IMG/VR virus record: IMGVR_UViG_3300035698_023758
Strand: one strand, 5' to 3'
From: an uncultured virus (IMG/VR IMGVR_UViG_3300035698_023758)
Lineage: Duplodnaviria > Heunggongvirae > Uroviricota > Caudoviricetes
DNA length: 64,000 bases
Shown: in pieces, positions 1 to 9,235 of the stretch
Layout: each line of letters begins with the position of its first letter
How positions within the stretch are numbered: position 1 is the first letter of the stretch
Position numbers and translations under genes: made by a program
The notes under the pieces: model-generated
What the model was told of the DNA's origin: nothing
Seen by the model: the letters and a program-made list of their open reading frames with translations, nothing else
Database searches by the model: none

Positions 1-115
1 CAGAAATCATAACAAACCCAATCAAAAAAGACACGCGAAATCCGAGTAACCATAACGTTCACCCCCCTCCCAAGAAATAACCATAACAAACACCAGCAAC
101 ACTCGCAACACTAGA

Positions 116-367
116 TTGATCAGAAGAATCAAACACACAAAAATCACGAAGACCACGAGTCTGACAAACCCCACGCAACCCACCACCAGCAAAAATCACC
201 TTAACAAAATCACCATTTTGATCATAAATATGAAAAACAACATCACTAGACATATAACCCCAAGACCCATTAGCATAAACAAGAATCCCATCAAACTGCC
301 TCTCATAATCAAACCCCTTAAACCCATCAAGCCTGACGAGTTCACCTATAACAAGCTCAATAAATAA
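116..367 (+). CDS. hypothetical protein (A/C-skewed coding strand)
   Basis: ORF with the same T/K/N/I/H/P bias as the convergent minus-strand genes at 748-2583; start uncertain. Confidence 0.35.
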   Translation: MIRRIKHTKITKTTSLTNPTQPTTSKNHLNKITILIINMKNNITRHITPRPISINKNPIKLPLIIKPLKPIKPDEFTYNKLNK

Positions 368-389
368 ATCACAAATCATAGGATATCAC

Positions 390-530
390 CACAACGTTAA
401 TATACCCCAAAAACCAAGCACTAACATGTTACAAAAGAAAACTTAACCGTTAAATCAGGCCCATATACAAGCGAAAATTACGGTTAAATCATGCCTAAAT
501 TAACGGTTAAATCCAACAGTTAATTTAGAT
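390..530. repeat. cluster of (C/G)GTTAAATC-like short repeats at the strand-skew inversion (possible iterons)
   Basis: ccgttaaatcaggcc (~447), cggttaaatcatgcc (~481), cggttaaatccaac (~504), plus cgttaat (~395) and agttaat (~518) in a non-coding gap. Confidence 0.45.
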
Positions 531-747
531 AATCTTCGGTATACTGAACAAATATCATACCGCTCCGAGGCTTTTCTTTGCGTCCCCTTTAACCACAGGC
601 CAAATACGGCCAGGGGGCTTCAGGTACGCGTGAGAGCTTAAGAAAAACCGCTAGGGAGCCCCCGGTGCCCCAGGGTTTTTATTGGGGTGTTGTTATTGTT
701 TTGTGGGGTGTGGACTTTGTTTTTTTGTCTTTTTGGTGTGATGGGGT

Positions 748-1320
748 TTATTGGGGGTTTGGTTGGTGTGTGTGGTGGGGTTTTCTTGGTTGGTGTGTGG
801 TTCTTTTTTCTTGTTGTTGTTGGGTGTTTAGTAGGGTTTGTATGTTGTTTTTGTGGTGGGTTATGTTGTTGGTGATTTCGTGTAGGAGTCTTCTGGTTGG
901 TCCTTGTGGTTGGTTGGTGTATCCTTGTTCCCAGCTTTGTAGGGTTTTGGGGGATATTCCTAGGTAGTGTGCTAGGATTGTTTGGCTGGTGTTGAGTTTT
1001 TGTCTTAGTTGTTTTATTTGTTGTTTTGTTATTGTTTTTGGGTGTAGGTTGTTTAGGTTTGTGGTTTTTTTCTTGGTGGTTTTTTTCTTGGTGGTTTGTA
1101 TTGTTTTTTGTATGCTTTTTGGGTCGCTGAGGGGGATTTTTATGTCTTTGGTTGTTTGGCTGGTGTTGTGTTTGTGGTGGTGGGTTGTTATGTGGGTGTT
1201 TGTTATGGTTATTCTTGGTCCGTTTGTGTGGATGGTGGTTGTGTTGTTTTGTGTGGTTGTGACTATGTTGGGTATGTGTTTTTTTAGTTCGTTTGTTATG
1301 GTTTTGGTGATTGGGTTCAT
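748..1320 (-). CDS. XRE/HigA-like HTH regulator fused to an N-terminal 'LSDP-family' domain
   Basis: C-terminal IKQLRQKLNTSQTILAHYLGISPKTLQSWEQG..PQGPTRRLL is a typical HTH_3; N-terminal domain ends KIPLSDPKSIQKTI. Confidence 0.75.
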   Translation of the reverse strand: MNPITKTITNELKKHIPNIVTTTQNNTTTIHTNGPRITITNTHITTHHHKHNTSQTTKDIKIPLSDPKSIQKTIQTTKKKTTKKKTTNLNNLHPKTITKQQIKQLRQKLNTSQTILAHYLGISPKTLQSWEQGYTNQPQGPTRRLLHEITNNITHHKNNIQTLLNTQQQQEKRTTHQPRKPHHTHQPNPQ

Positions 1321-1340
1321 TTTGTGTAGTATCCTTGTTC

Positions 1341-1640
1341 TCAGTTTTGTAGGATTTTTTGTGTGTGGGCTATTGTGAGGGGGATTAGGTTTGGGTTGCT
1401 GAGGGGGATTTTTAGGCGGGGTTGGTGTGGGTTGTTGTGGGTTGTTGTTATGTGGGTGTTTGTGATGGTTATTATTAGTGTGTTACCTATCGCAATGTCT
1501 ATGAGGTAGGTTTTGTCTGTGTTGCGTTTGTAGATTATATTGAATAATTCATTGGTTTCTGATTTTGATGGCCCTGTGTGGTTGATGGACGTTGGGAGTT
1601 CTTGTAGGAGTTTTTGTGTTATGATTTCTTGTATATTCAT
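1341..1640 (-). CDS. LSDP-family small protein
   Basis: ends KIPLSNPNLIPLTI; shares ITITNTHITT with 748-1320. Confidence 0.65.
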   Translation of the reverse strand: MNIQEIITQKLLQELPTSINHTGPSKSETNELFNIIYKRNTDKTYLIDIAIGNTLIITITNTHITTTHNNPHQPRLKIPLSNPNLIPLTIAHTQKILQN

Positions 1641-1691
1641 GGTTCGTGCGTTTCTCCATGTGATCCTGTTAGCTTGTCTCTGAATGTTCTT

Positions 1692-1973
1692 TCAGCGTCT
1701 GCGATTGATATGGTTTTTTTGATGTGGGCTATGGATTTTGTGGGTGCTTGTTGGATCTAGTAGGTTGATTTTTAATGTTGGATGCAATAGTGTTGAGTTG
1801 AGGTTGGTTTTGCTTGCTATGTGGGTACTTGTGATGGTTATTACAACGTTTATTTTTGGGATGTAAATGGTTGAGTATTCGTTGTATCGTTTGGTGGTAG
1901 TGTTTGCTGGGATTTGTTTTGTGATGTTTTTGGCTATGATGTATGGTATATTTCGTGTATGCTTATTGGTCAT
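1692..1973 (-). CDS. LSDP-family small protein
   Basis: ITITSTHI ... KINLLDPTSTHKI. Confidence 0.6.
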   Translation of the reverse strand: MTNKHTRNIPYIIAKNITKQIPANTTTKRYNEYSTIYIPKINVVITITSTHIASKTNLNSTLLHPTLKINLLDPTSTHKIHSPHQKNHINRRR

Positions 1974-2583
1974 TGGTTTTGACTTTTATTATTGGTGGTG
2001 TTAGTTTGCTTAATTGGTGGTTGATGGTTTCTATGGCTTCTTCTATTGCGTTTGGGTTTTTTAGTTCTATTATTATTATGAGGTCTTGGCAATGTATGCT
2101 GTGTTTTGTGATGGTTATTTTTTGTGATGTGATTGTGGTGTTGAGGATTATTCGTCCTGTTTGTCGGTTTTGGTTTCTATATGTTATTTGAGTGGTGTTT
2201 GGGGTTGGTCCTGGGTTTTTGTGGGGGGTGGGGATGTGTTTTATGAGTGCTTGTTTTATTAGTTGTGGGATGTTTGCTTGTTTTTTTGTGGTGTTTTGTT
2301 TGTTGAGTCTTTTTATTATGGTTATGGCTTTGTTTATACTTTCTGGGTTTGTTAGTTGGATTATTTTTTTAGTGCAGCGTGGGTTCCAGTTTTTGTTCCA
2401 TGTTAGGATTTTTATGGTGGTGCTTGTAATTATTAATTTGTGGACGTGAGTGTGCTTTCTTGTGGTGTTGAGGTTTATTTCAACACTAGTCACATCTAGT
2501 GATTTATCATAATGGTTAGTAGTGTGAGCGTTTGGTGTGTGTTTGAGTAGTTCTTTTGTTATTGTGAATAGCGGAGCCATCAA
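1963..2583 (-). CDS. tandem two-domain LSDP-family protein
   Basis: two motif copies: IQLTNPESINKAI and IELKNPNAIEEAI. Confidence 0.65.
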   Translation of the reverse strand: MMAPLFTITKELLKHTPNAHTTNHYDKSLDVTSVEINLNTTRKHTHVHKLIITSTTIKILTWNKNWNPRCTKKIIQLTNPESINKAITIIKRLNKQNTTKKQANIPQLIKQALIKHIPTPHKNPGPTPNTTQITYRNQNRQTGRIILNTTITSQKITITKHSIHCQDLIIIIELKNPNAIEEAIETINHQLSKLTPPIIKVKTNDQ

Positions 2584-2598
2584 GGCATTGTGGATCGT

Positions 2599-2823
2599 TC
2601 ATTTATTCCATTTCCAATTTTTACTTGCATTAGTTTTTTTGTTAAGTGGCTTTGGTTTATTCCATTCTATTAACCATTCATCGTGTCGTGATTTTAAAAT
2701 TTCAATAGCTTTATCTCGTTCATCTGTTTGTGGTAATGCATGTAACCAGTTGAAGGAGTTTGTGAAATCATTAAAAAAGTCAAAGTCCTTATTTGGGTCT
2801 TTTAAAACTGACCTGTCGATCAT
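2599..2823 (-). CDS. hypothetical protein
   Basis: ORF in a tightly packed minus-strand run. Confidence 0.6.
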   Translation of the reverse strand: MIDRSVLKDPNKDFDFFNDFTNSFNWLHALPQTDERDKAIEILKSRHDEWLIEWNKPKPLNKKTNASKNWKWNK

Positions 2824-2825
2824 TA

Positions 2826-3362
2826 TTATTCCTTAGGTATTTCTTCTTTCAAGAGATTTAATACTTTCTTAGCAATATCAATTGGCAATTGACCTGTGCT
2901 GATTCCTATTGTGTCAACACTAAATCTCAATCGTCGCACTCCATGATCGTGTGCTGAAATATCTTGTCCGTGTTTTGCATGATCCGATAATTCATAACCA
3001 AAGAATCCTTCGATGATTTCCTTTTTAAGAGCGATTGATTTTTCTTGATCAATCGCCGCTTGATTGGCTTCTTCTTTACAAATTGCGAATGTTCTGTGGT
3101 AATCTGGTAAGAATCTTTTTGGGATATCATTTTCGAGCCCGTCGATACCACGCGGAGTTCCAACATTGATTGTGACTTGGTTGTCTGGTGAAAATAGAAT
3201 ACCATTATGTCTTGGCCAAGCACCAATCACAGTTCTTTTTTGACCTTCATTTTTAATGATCACGGCTCTACCATCACCGCTTTTGTGAACATATTTAGTG
3301 TTCATAGTGAAGGTTTCGTCAAGAACATAATCTTCGAGGTTAAATACCAATAATTGACTCAT
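2826..3362 (-). CDS. hypothetical protein
   Basis: ATGA-coupled to the upstream ORF. Confidence 0.7.
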   Translation of the reverse strand: MSQLLVFNLEDYVLDETFTMNTKYVHKSGDGRAVIIKNEGQKRTVIGAWPRHNGILFSPDNQVTINVGTPRGIDGLENDIPKRFLPDYHRTFAICKEEANQAAIDQEKSIALKKEIIEGFFGYELSDHAKHGQDISAHDHGVRRLRFSVDTIGISTGQLPIDIAKKVLNLLKEEIPKE

Positions 3363-3649
3363 GATTTGCTTTCTAAGTCCAGGACTGCTTCGGATATCAT
3401 GTCTTTAAAATATCCGCTATTTAAGATAAAATCTAATTCATTTTCGTACGAGCATTCTCCGAGGTGGCTAGTGCCAACTGCAATGAAGCCGCCTTGAGTG
3501 GCTACTTTGACCTCTACTTGGCACCAACCCCAGTTACCTTCAGCTTTATTCTGCATGTCACGGACGCCATCGGCGAAACCTTCCACGCTATCTTTTTCTG
3601 ATTGTTCTGGTGTGCGGTCTTCTGGTTTAGCGGTAATTTCAATAATCAT
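3359..3649 (-). CDS. hypothetical phage protein
   Basis: AAGGGGAA SD; acidic protein with a WGWCQVEV..HLGECSY segment. Confidence 0.7.
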   Translation of the reverse strand: MIIEITAKPEDRTPEQSEKDSVEGFADGVRDMQNKAEGNWGWCQVEVKVATQGGFIAVGTSHLGECSYENELDFILNSGYFKDMISEAVLDLESKS

Positions 3650-3686
3650 TTTATTCCCCTTGTGAAAGTAATCCCCTCTACAATAT

Positions 3687-3713
3687 TGTTACAGGGGTGT
3701 TGTCATGTGTTAA
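3687..3713 (-). promoter_or_regulatory. phage promoter-like motif TTAAC-N15-TGTAACA
   Basis: plus-strand tgttaca-N15-gttaa upstream of the ATG at 3649; ~14 copies in the window. Confidence 0.65.
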
Positions 3714-3777
3714 TATAAGGCATGCCCCAATTAGTTGTTATACTAATTGGGGCATATGGGGATTAGAATTTCAAAAG

Positions 3778-3806
3778 GGGGGAGGAATCACCACAATTCC
3801 TCCCCC
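3778..3806 (-). terminator. rho-independent terminator
   Basis: gggggaggaat/attcctccccc stem followed by a T-run on the minus strand, just after the stop at 3820. Confidence 0.7.
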
Positions 3807-3819
3807 ACCACACACTATA

Positions 3820-5055
3820 TCAATCTTGAGTGTACTGACTTCCGGTTAACTGATTGGCGTTCTTCGCTTCAAGATGGAAATCAGCAAAATCAGAGTAATT
3901 GTTTTTTGTTCCTTCCATGTCATATTCACGACAGATCAAATCACCGACGTAGGATTCTAGTAGCCGTGAAGCTTCAGGTGTCGTGTGATGTGTTGATAAT
4001 TCTGTGGCGAAGTTAAACAGGTCATAAACCGTGGCGTTAACTGGCATTGTCCGCTGGCGTTTGGCACTCATAGTGTCGATATTAGCAAGACCATAAATTT
4101 TACTTGTGTCACCAGTCATCTCATGGAAGCATTGAATAACCGAGGAATGCTCAATATCATCAGAAACTGTCGCTGAATGATTATTGCTCTTTTTAATCAA
4201 TTTTCGAACGTATGGGCTAGTACCACTAGCTAATGCTTCACCATCACAACCAATAATTGGAAGACCAAAATCATCTTTACCCAGATGTAACCGAAGCAAT
4301 AGCTTATAAAGCTGTGATGTTTCATAGACAGAAGCCCAGGATGTTGCGGAAGAGTCAATTCGTTGGCGAAGTTCAGAATAACCTTCTTCATTGTTGAATT
4401 GGTCAAGAACACGTAATAGGGCAAATTCCGTATTATCGTCGCTTTTTCCAAGTTGAACTTTAGATCGAAAAGCTGGTGAGGCGGCAATAACTCCATTTTT
4501 ACAAGCGTCCCGCAATAAGGATAAGGCAACAGTGGGTGCACCAAATCCATCAATTGGGGTTGAAATCATAAACTTATTTAAAAACCCATCACCGGCAATT
4601 TGGCAGGATCGTGACCCTGATCGTGGAGTATGGTTACTGTCAATGATGCCATTGAAATATCGGACGCCTTCGAGACACCCGTTTGCTTCTAACAATCCCA
4701 TTAGGTCTTGGTGAGAAACAATTGGCTTTGATGGGTTGCTTACAGCAAGTAGTCGGTTTACATCTTCTTCACCTAAATGCTCGGTGCGTTCAACACAAAA
4801 TCTCAAATTTTCAGATGAGCGTACTTCTGAGATTCTCTCAAAAACTTCACTATATGTGAAATATTTGAAAAATGATTTATTAAATCCAAACCGAGAGAAC
4901 AAAGAAATCCAAAACCTTGGTGATGGTATGAATTCTTCACCTTGGATGATCACAGAGCTTACGTGCGGTTTTCCTTTTGGGTCGATGGTTGTTACAACTT
5001 CAATATCGTTGACAGATGTTTCGCCGTACGTGAATGATTTTTCAATAGCCGTCAT
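3820..5055 (-). CDS. DUF932/DUF945-like phage protein (paralogue of 40585-41706)
   Basis: TPIDGFG..LSLLRDACKNG and YDLFNFATELSTH motifs; start moved to MTAIEK (5055), downstream of the promoter motif at 5107-5133. Confidence 0.65.
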   Translation of the reverse strand: MTAIEKSFTYGETSVNDIEVVTTIDPKGKPHVSSVIIQGEEFIPSPRFWISLFSRFGFNKSFFKYFTYSEVFERISEVRSSENLRFCVERTEHLGEEDVNRLLAVSNPSKPIVSHQDLMGLLEANGCLEGVRYFNGIIDSNHTPRSGSRSCQIAGDGFLNKFMISTPIDGFGAPTVALSLLRDACKNGVIAASPAFRSKVQLGKSDDNTEFALLRVLDQFNNEEGYSELRQRIDSSATSWASVYETSQLYKLLLRLHLGKDDFGLPIIGCDGEALASGTSPYVRKLIKKSNNHSATVSDDIEHSSVIQCFHEMTGDTSKIYGLANIDTMSAKRQRTMPVNATVYDLFNFATELSTHHTTPEASRLLESYVGDLICREYDMEGTKNNYSDFADFHLEAKNANQLTGSQYTQD

Positions 5056-5166
5056 AATTTTTAATTTCCTTAATAACAAATTTTTTGTAATCCCCTTATA
5101 AATTATTGTTGCAATAATATGGGGTATAGTTAATATAGGGGTTATTCTTATATTAAATACTAGGAA

Positions 5167-5210
5167 AATGCTTGGCCAACACCTATGGGGGAAGGTATTG
5201 ACCAAGCATT
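5167..5210 (-). terminator. hairpin terminator after the helicase
   Basis: aatgcttggccaacacct/aggtattgaccaagcatt inverted repeat. Confidence 0.5.
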
Positions 5211-5215
5211 GGGGA

Positions 5216-6478
5216 TTAAAACCGGATTGCTTTTGCTTTTTTCTTCATACGTTTTGTCAATGATTCCGGAAAATTAACTTCAGCTCTTGCGATAGCTACT
5301 CTAGACACATTATTAATGCTGTTGATCAATGGGTTCAATGTAAGACTACGCCATTCATTGTCTTGCCATAGATTTTGCAAATCAGCATTAGCTGTTTTGA
5401 GTATTGGCCATCTTGTGTTAGTGGATTGAACTACTTTCTTAAACTTATATAATTCATTCCCTTCTATTGACCACTTTGGGTGCGGTCGAAACACACGACC
5501 GGCCATTTGGATTGTTGGGCCTTTACCACTATCGCGAACAAAAGCTGTTTCAAGAGTTTTATCATCAAACCCTTCTGCTAGCACCATCATATTAATAAGA
5601 ATAGCACTATCACCGTTTCTGAAATCGTCAAGTATTTCTTCGCGTCGATCCATCTCTTTTTTACCACCGCCACCTCGCACAATATGGAACAAATTACCAC
5701 GCAATGGCATGTCTGGTCTTAAGAGTTTTAGCCTGTCTCTGATCATACCAGATTTTTCTTGGATGATTCTTGCAAATTCGGTACATTCTTCTTGTTTGTG
5801 GAAGAACACAACCGATTTACCCCATTTCTCTGGCTCTCTGCAGTAAAAATTAGCCACTGTTTGCGGGGTCCAGTCTGGCACACAATAGTGCTCATATCTG
5901 CTCAGAAAGCCATCTTGGATTAATTGATGGATTCCAGCATCTTTTACCACTTTGTCAAAGCACAATTTTACTCTATCTGTTCTGAATGGAGTGGCTGTCA
6001 AACCCAGGATCATTTTGGGTTCTAACATATTGTGTAGGTGTGCCATGGAAGCAGCTGCATCATGTTGTGCTTCATCTACGACCATCATAATTTCTTTACC
6101 AGAATTTTTGGCATTGATAAGACCTGTTGGGTGTTTATCAAACATTGAAATGTAATCAATGTTGTTTACACCAATTCCTAAGGATGCATTTTCAGCAGCA
6201 GCTTGTGATAATAGGTTTCGTCGATTTGCTACCCATCCAATATGGATGTTGTTGTTGTGATGCTCTTCGATCATCTTAGCGATCATATGACCCATTACGG
6301 TTTTACCACTACCGGTTGGAGATTCAACCATCACGCTTCTTGCTGGTGGCTCTACGTTACCCTGTCGATCAAGAAACATACCATTGAACATCTGGAATGA
6401 TTTTTCAATAATTGTCTTTTGATATTTTCGCGGTTCACATCCTGAATCGCTAAGAACTTTTTCCAATAATTCCATCAA
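5216..6478 (-). CDS. superfamily 2 (DEAD/DEAH-box) helicase
   Basis: Walker A SPTGSGKT, DEAQH, motif III LTATP, LAEGFD, QMAGRVFR. Confidence 0.92.
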   Translation of the reverse strand: MMELLEKVLSDSGCEPRKYQKTIIEKSFQMFNGMFLDRQGNVEPPARSVMVESPTGSGKTVMGHMIAKMIEEHHNNNIHIGWVANRRNLLSQAAAENASLGIGVNNIDYISMFDKHPTGLINAKNSGKEIMMVVDEAQHDAAASMAHLHNMLEPKMILGLTATPFRTDRVKLCFDKVVKDAGIHQLIQDGFLSRYEHYCVPDWTPQTVANFYCREPEKWGKSVVFFHKQEECTEFARIIQEKSGMIRDRLKLLRPDMPLRGNLFHIVRGGGGKKEMDRREEILDDFRNGDSAILINMMVLAEGFDDKTLETAFVRDSGKGPTIQMAGRVFRPHPKWSIEGNELYKFKKVVQSTNTRWPILKTANADLQNLWQDNEWRSLTLNPLINSINNVSRVAIARAEVNFPESLTKRMKKKAKAIRF

Positions 6479-6531
6479 TAATCCCCATTATTAAATCCAC
6501 AATTTTGTTAATCCCACCTCAAAATATTGTG

Positions 6532-6810
6532 TCATGGGGAATTATGGTTGTTAATATTAACTTGTTTTTTAAATTCTTCTATATCAATACCGGTGCAATC
6601 GTCGATAGTACCATAACCATCCAATACTACGTCGGAAAGCGGAACAGCAGACAGACTAAGCAAAGTAATATGCAATATATCATTATCACAATCAAGAGTT
6701 TTAATATGATTTAATCGATTTTGGGTTGTTACAAATGGTCCAAAAAATTGACTAGCATGTTCTATGGTGATATCATCTGAATTATATTTAACACATGTGT
6801 AGTAATACAT
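6532..6810 (-). CDS. hypothetical protein
   Basis: ORF with AAGGA SD. Confidence 0.5.
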   Translation of the reverse strand: MYYYTCVKYNSDDITIEHASQFFGPFVTTQNRLNHIKTLDCDNDILHITLLSLSAVPLSDVVLDGYGTIDDCTGIDIEEFKKQVNINNHNSP

Positions 6811-6844
6811 TTTAATCCTTAATATTTATGTTTTAAATAGGAAA

Positions 6845-7060
6845 AAGGGTTCACCGGCTCTTTATTTCCGGTTTCTAAATCTCATTATCCGATCTGCAAG
6901 CAGTCCAAAGGTGGGTTATGATCCCACAATGAGTATTCCCCTCTTATCAGGCTTACGAGCCCTATTCCGAGAGACTTAATTCTACCCCGAAGGATGATTT
7001 CCCTTCATCACTTCTAGAAATTGTTGCAAAAAGAGGTGTCTTGTTAATTAAGAGCCGGTG
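6845..7060 (-). ncRNA. candidate structured ncRNA/leader (unassigned)
   Basis: ORF-free, GC-enriched; 11-bp CACCGGCTCTT/AAGAGCCGGTG inverted repeat enclosing several hairpins; promoter motif at 7022-7047. Confidence 0.45.
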
Positions 7061-7062
7061 GT

Positions 7063-7302
7063 TTAAATTATTATCAATCTATCACAAAGCCAACGCATGA
7101 CTACTTCAGGGTCACTAACACCATCACAATCGAACGAGACAAACCATTCGTCATTTGACTTAAAATATCGAAGGCAATAATATTTATTGCCGCGTTTACA
7201 AACTACAAGAAGGTTATCTTCGCTAGCTTTAGTGGCAATTTCTTCAGAGTCTTTTTCCCAATCGTTCCGAATTTTAGCAAGATCAGTCATGTTTTTGACC
7301 AT
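7063..7302 (-). CDS. hypothetical protein
   Basis: ORF in the minus-strand run. Confidence 0.55.
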   Translation of the reverse strand: MVKNMTDLAKIRNDWEKDSEEIATKASEDNLLVVCKRGNKYYCLRYFKSNDEWFVSFDCDGVSDPEVVMRWLCDRLIII

Positions 7303-7353
7303 ATCTTTTTATTCCATTTCATCGATAATATGTTTATAACCAAGTTTGAATTA

Positions 7354-7671
7354 TTAAAGTTTTTCGTAGACAACTTCACCATCGCGAATTTCATAATTAC
7401 CATGTTCATCGATTACCCGCAAACTACCGGGGGCAACAGGAAACCAATAACAATCAGTATTTAGATGGATAAATCTACCCTGAAATGAATCATCATCAGC
7501 AAACCCCATAATCGTCAGGTCATCAAAAATCACCCCAAATTCATTAACGAATGCAACAGCTTGCCCAATTTTGAATGTAGTTTCAATGGGTGACACTTTA
7601 TTGAGTTCATCAACATATTTGTGATATCGTGCTATCTGAGAAGTGTTAGGAATACTAGGGGCTTTGCTCAT
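7354..7671 (-). CDS. hypothetical phage protein
   Basis: start MSKAPS at 7671 with GGAGA SD; FKIGQAVAFVNEFGVIF..FIHLNTDCYWFPV. Confidence 0.65.
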   Translation of the reverse strand: MSKAPSIPNTSQIARYHKYVDELNKVSPIETTFKIGQAVAFVNEFGVIFDDLTIMGFADDDSFQGRFIHLNTDCYWFPVAPGSLRVIDEHGNYEIRDGEVVYEKL

Positions 7672-7963
7672 GATTATCTCCGATTTGTTGCGATTCAAGA
7701 TTTGCAGTGTGAATTCTGAATTGTTTATCTGGTTTGATGTACCCATGCTTTGCCCAGTATCCAATATCAAGAATATCATATTCACTGTCGTTGGAACCGT
7801 AGTGGTTCTTATATTCATCAAGATCGAATTTTTTAATATCTTCAATATAGCACCCCTTGTAATTCGTGTCATTGAATTTAATATCAAAGGGAACACCATC
7901 TTTATCGATTTTAATATCGCCATACGCCGAATGCACGACACAATAATTGTTCTTTTTATCCAT
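7655..7963 (-). CDS. hypothetical protein
   Basis: AAGGGG SD; YDILDIGYW segment. Confidence 0.65.
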   Translation of the reverse strand: MDKKNNYCVVHSAYGDIKIDKDGVPFDIKFNDTNYKGCYIEDIKKFDLDEYKNHYGSNDSEYDILDIGYWAKHGYIKPDKQFRIHTANLESQQIGDNHEQSP

Positions 7964-8205
7964 TATATTACCCCTTACTTTCCGATTATTGAAAATGCTT
8001 TACGCCAAGCCATTAAGTGTAATAGCCCGCACCCGCTCAGCGACGATAGATTGATTAAGTTCATTCCTGTGGGATAAATTATTGTTACTGGGAATATATG
8101 CATTGTTAATATTTTAAGAGGGGATTACCAATATTAATTTACTCACCGAGATACGTATATTGTTAACGATCTAGGGTTTTCAATTTATTTAGATTCTTAA
8201 TCGGC

Positions 8206-8412
8206 CTATTCTTTTTCATCATCTGGTTCGTTAGCCATTTTTTGAATCTCATCCCATTCTGGTGATTCCATAAATGATTTTGCCGCGTTATTAAGTCGAT
8301 TTGAAAATTCTGATTTTCTCCGCAATTTCTTTATGTACATCAGATTTTTATGCAACACGAAAACACCAGCACTTATAAGGACGCAAAACACTATTTTTTC
8401 AATTGTTGCCAT
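8206..8412 (-). CDS. small membrane protein
   Basis: MATIEKIVFCVLISAGVFVL hydrophobic segment; the longer ORF-track start overlaps the tRNA. Confidence 0.55.
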   Translation of the reverse strand: MATIEKIVFCVLISAGVFVLHKNLMYIKKLRRKSEFSNRLNNAAKSFMESPEWDEIQKMANEPDDEKE

Positions 8413-8436
8413 ATTGATTAACTTTCGAGAATTAAG

Positions 8437-8510
8437 TAGGGATGGCAGGGCTCGAACCTGCAACCTGCGAATTAGAAGTTCGCTGCTCTATCCAATTGAG
8501 CTACATCCCC
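8437..8510 (-). tRNA. tRNA-Arg(UCU)
   Basis: GGGGATG/CATCCCT acceptor stem, GCTC D-stem, GCGAA-CT-TCT-AA-TTCGC anticodon arm, GCAGG-TTCGAGC-CCTGC T arm; CCA not encoded. Confidence 0.95.
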
Positions 8511-8514
8511 AAAA

Positions 8515-8751
8515 TAACCGACAACCTCAGAGGCCCCGTTTTACCCTGATCCATCGCCAATACGTGATTGCTAGCGAATCTTCACGAGCTACCCCCTATC
8601 CGCTTATGTCAGTCCACTAATTTAGCGTCAATGCTGCTTACACCCACCATAATAGCGGGCCAGCCTACGCTTCTTGTCAAGCTCCAATCACAGAGCAAGG
8701 CGAACCAAGAGCCAAGTAACTCCAACCATAAGTTTCAGAGATTGCCGGTCA
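8515..8751 (-). ncRNA. candidate ~237-nt structured ncRNA directly upstream of tRNA-Arg
   Basis: GC-rich; 14-bp closing helix TGACCGGCAATCTC/GAGGTTGTCGGTTA with G-U pairs only on the minus strand; promoter motif at 8758-8784 immediately 5'. Confidence 0.6.
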
Positions 8752-8786
8752 CAAAATTGTTATAATAAAGCACCCACCAGTTAATT

Positions 8787-9227
8787 TCAAGGGTTACCAT
8801 CGTATTCAAATATTTTACGCTTAAAATCATTTAATACAGTAATCCTATCATCAGCAATACCAAAAGGCCCATTAATTTCATCATCACAAGCACGAATAGC
8901 AATGTTGCGGAATCCAACATCAAATCCATCATCATTGTTGTAACCAGCACTCATTGCTAAAAATGCAATAACTTGTGTGATAATATTATTATCATGTCCT
9001 AGGCAATCGTGAATACCCCAATTATTGATGATGGTCTCATTAAGCTTCAAAGGCCCACCAAATTCAAACATAGCATTTTTGATGGCATCGCGTTCTTTGG
9101 GGTTCCAATCATCTGGAGCACACATGTCACTATTCTCAAAGTCTGATATTTTAAGAAGATCGGCAACATCACCGGCAACGTCCCATGGAGTGTCACCACC
9201 CATAATGCTATAATCCCACCACCCCAT
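8787..9227 (-). CDS. hypothetical protein (MGWW..IMGGD N-terminus, DUF4259-like)
   Basis: N-terminal MGWWDYSIMGGDTPWD pattern; AGGAA SD. Confidence 0.6.
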   Translation of the reverse strand: MGWWDYSIMGGDTPWDVAGDVADLLKISDFENSDMCAPDDWNPKERDAIKNAMFEFGGPLKLNETIINNWGIHDCLGHDNNIITQVIAFLAMSAGYNNDDGFDVGFRNIAIRACDDEINGPFGIADDRITVLNDFKRKIFEYDGNP

Positions 9228-9235
9228 AAGTATTC

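Noticed and set aside
748..1320. HigBA-type toxin-antitoxin module
   Set aside because: No adjacent RelE/HigB-like toxin is recognisable; the neighbours are LSDP-family genes.
665..2449. Plus-strand V/F/G/C/W-rich ORFs that look like membrane proteins
   Set aside because: Antisense shadows of the skewed minus-strand genes, which carry the recognisable HTH and LSDP motifs.
6845..7020. Resemblance to the c-di-AMP (ydaO) riboswitch or a hammerhead ribozyme
   Set aside because: Only scattered short words match; the core consensus order is not satisfied.
7975..8064. 29-codon minus-strand ORF after the promoter copy at 8083
   Set aside because: Too short and featureless to support a call.
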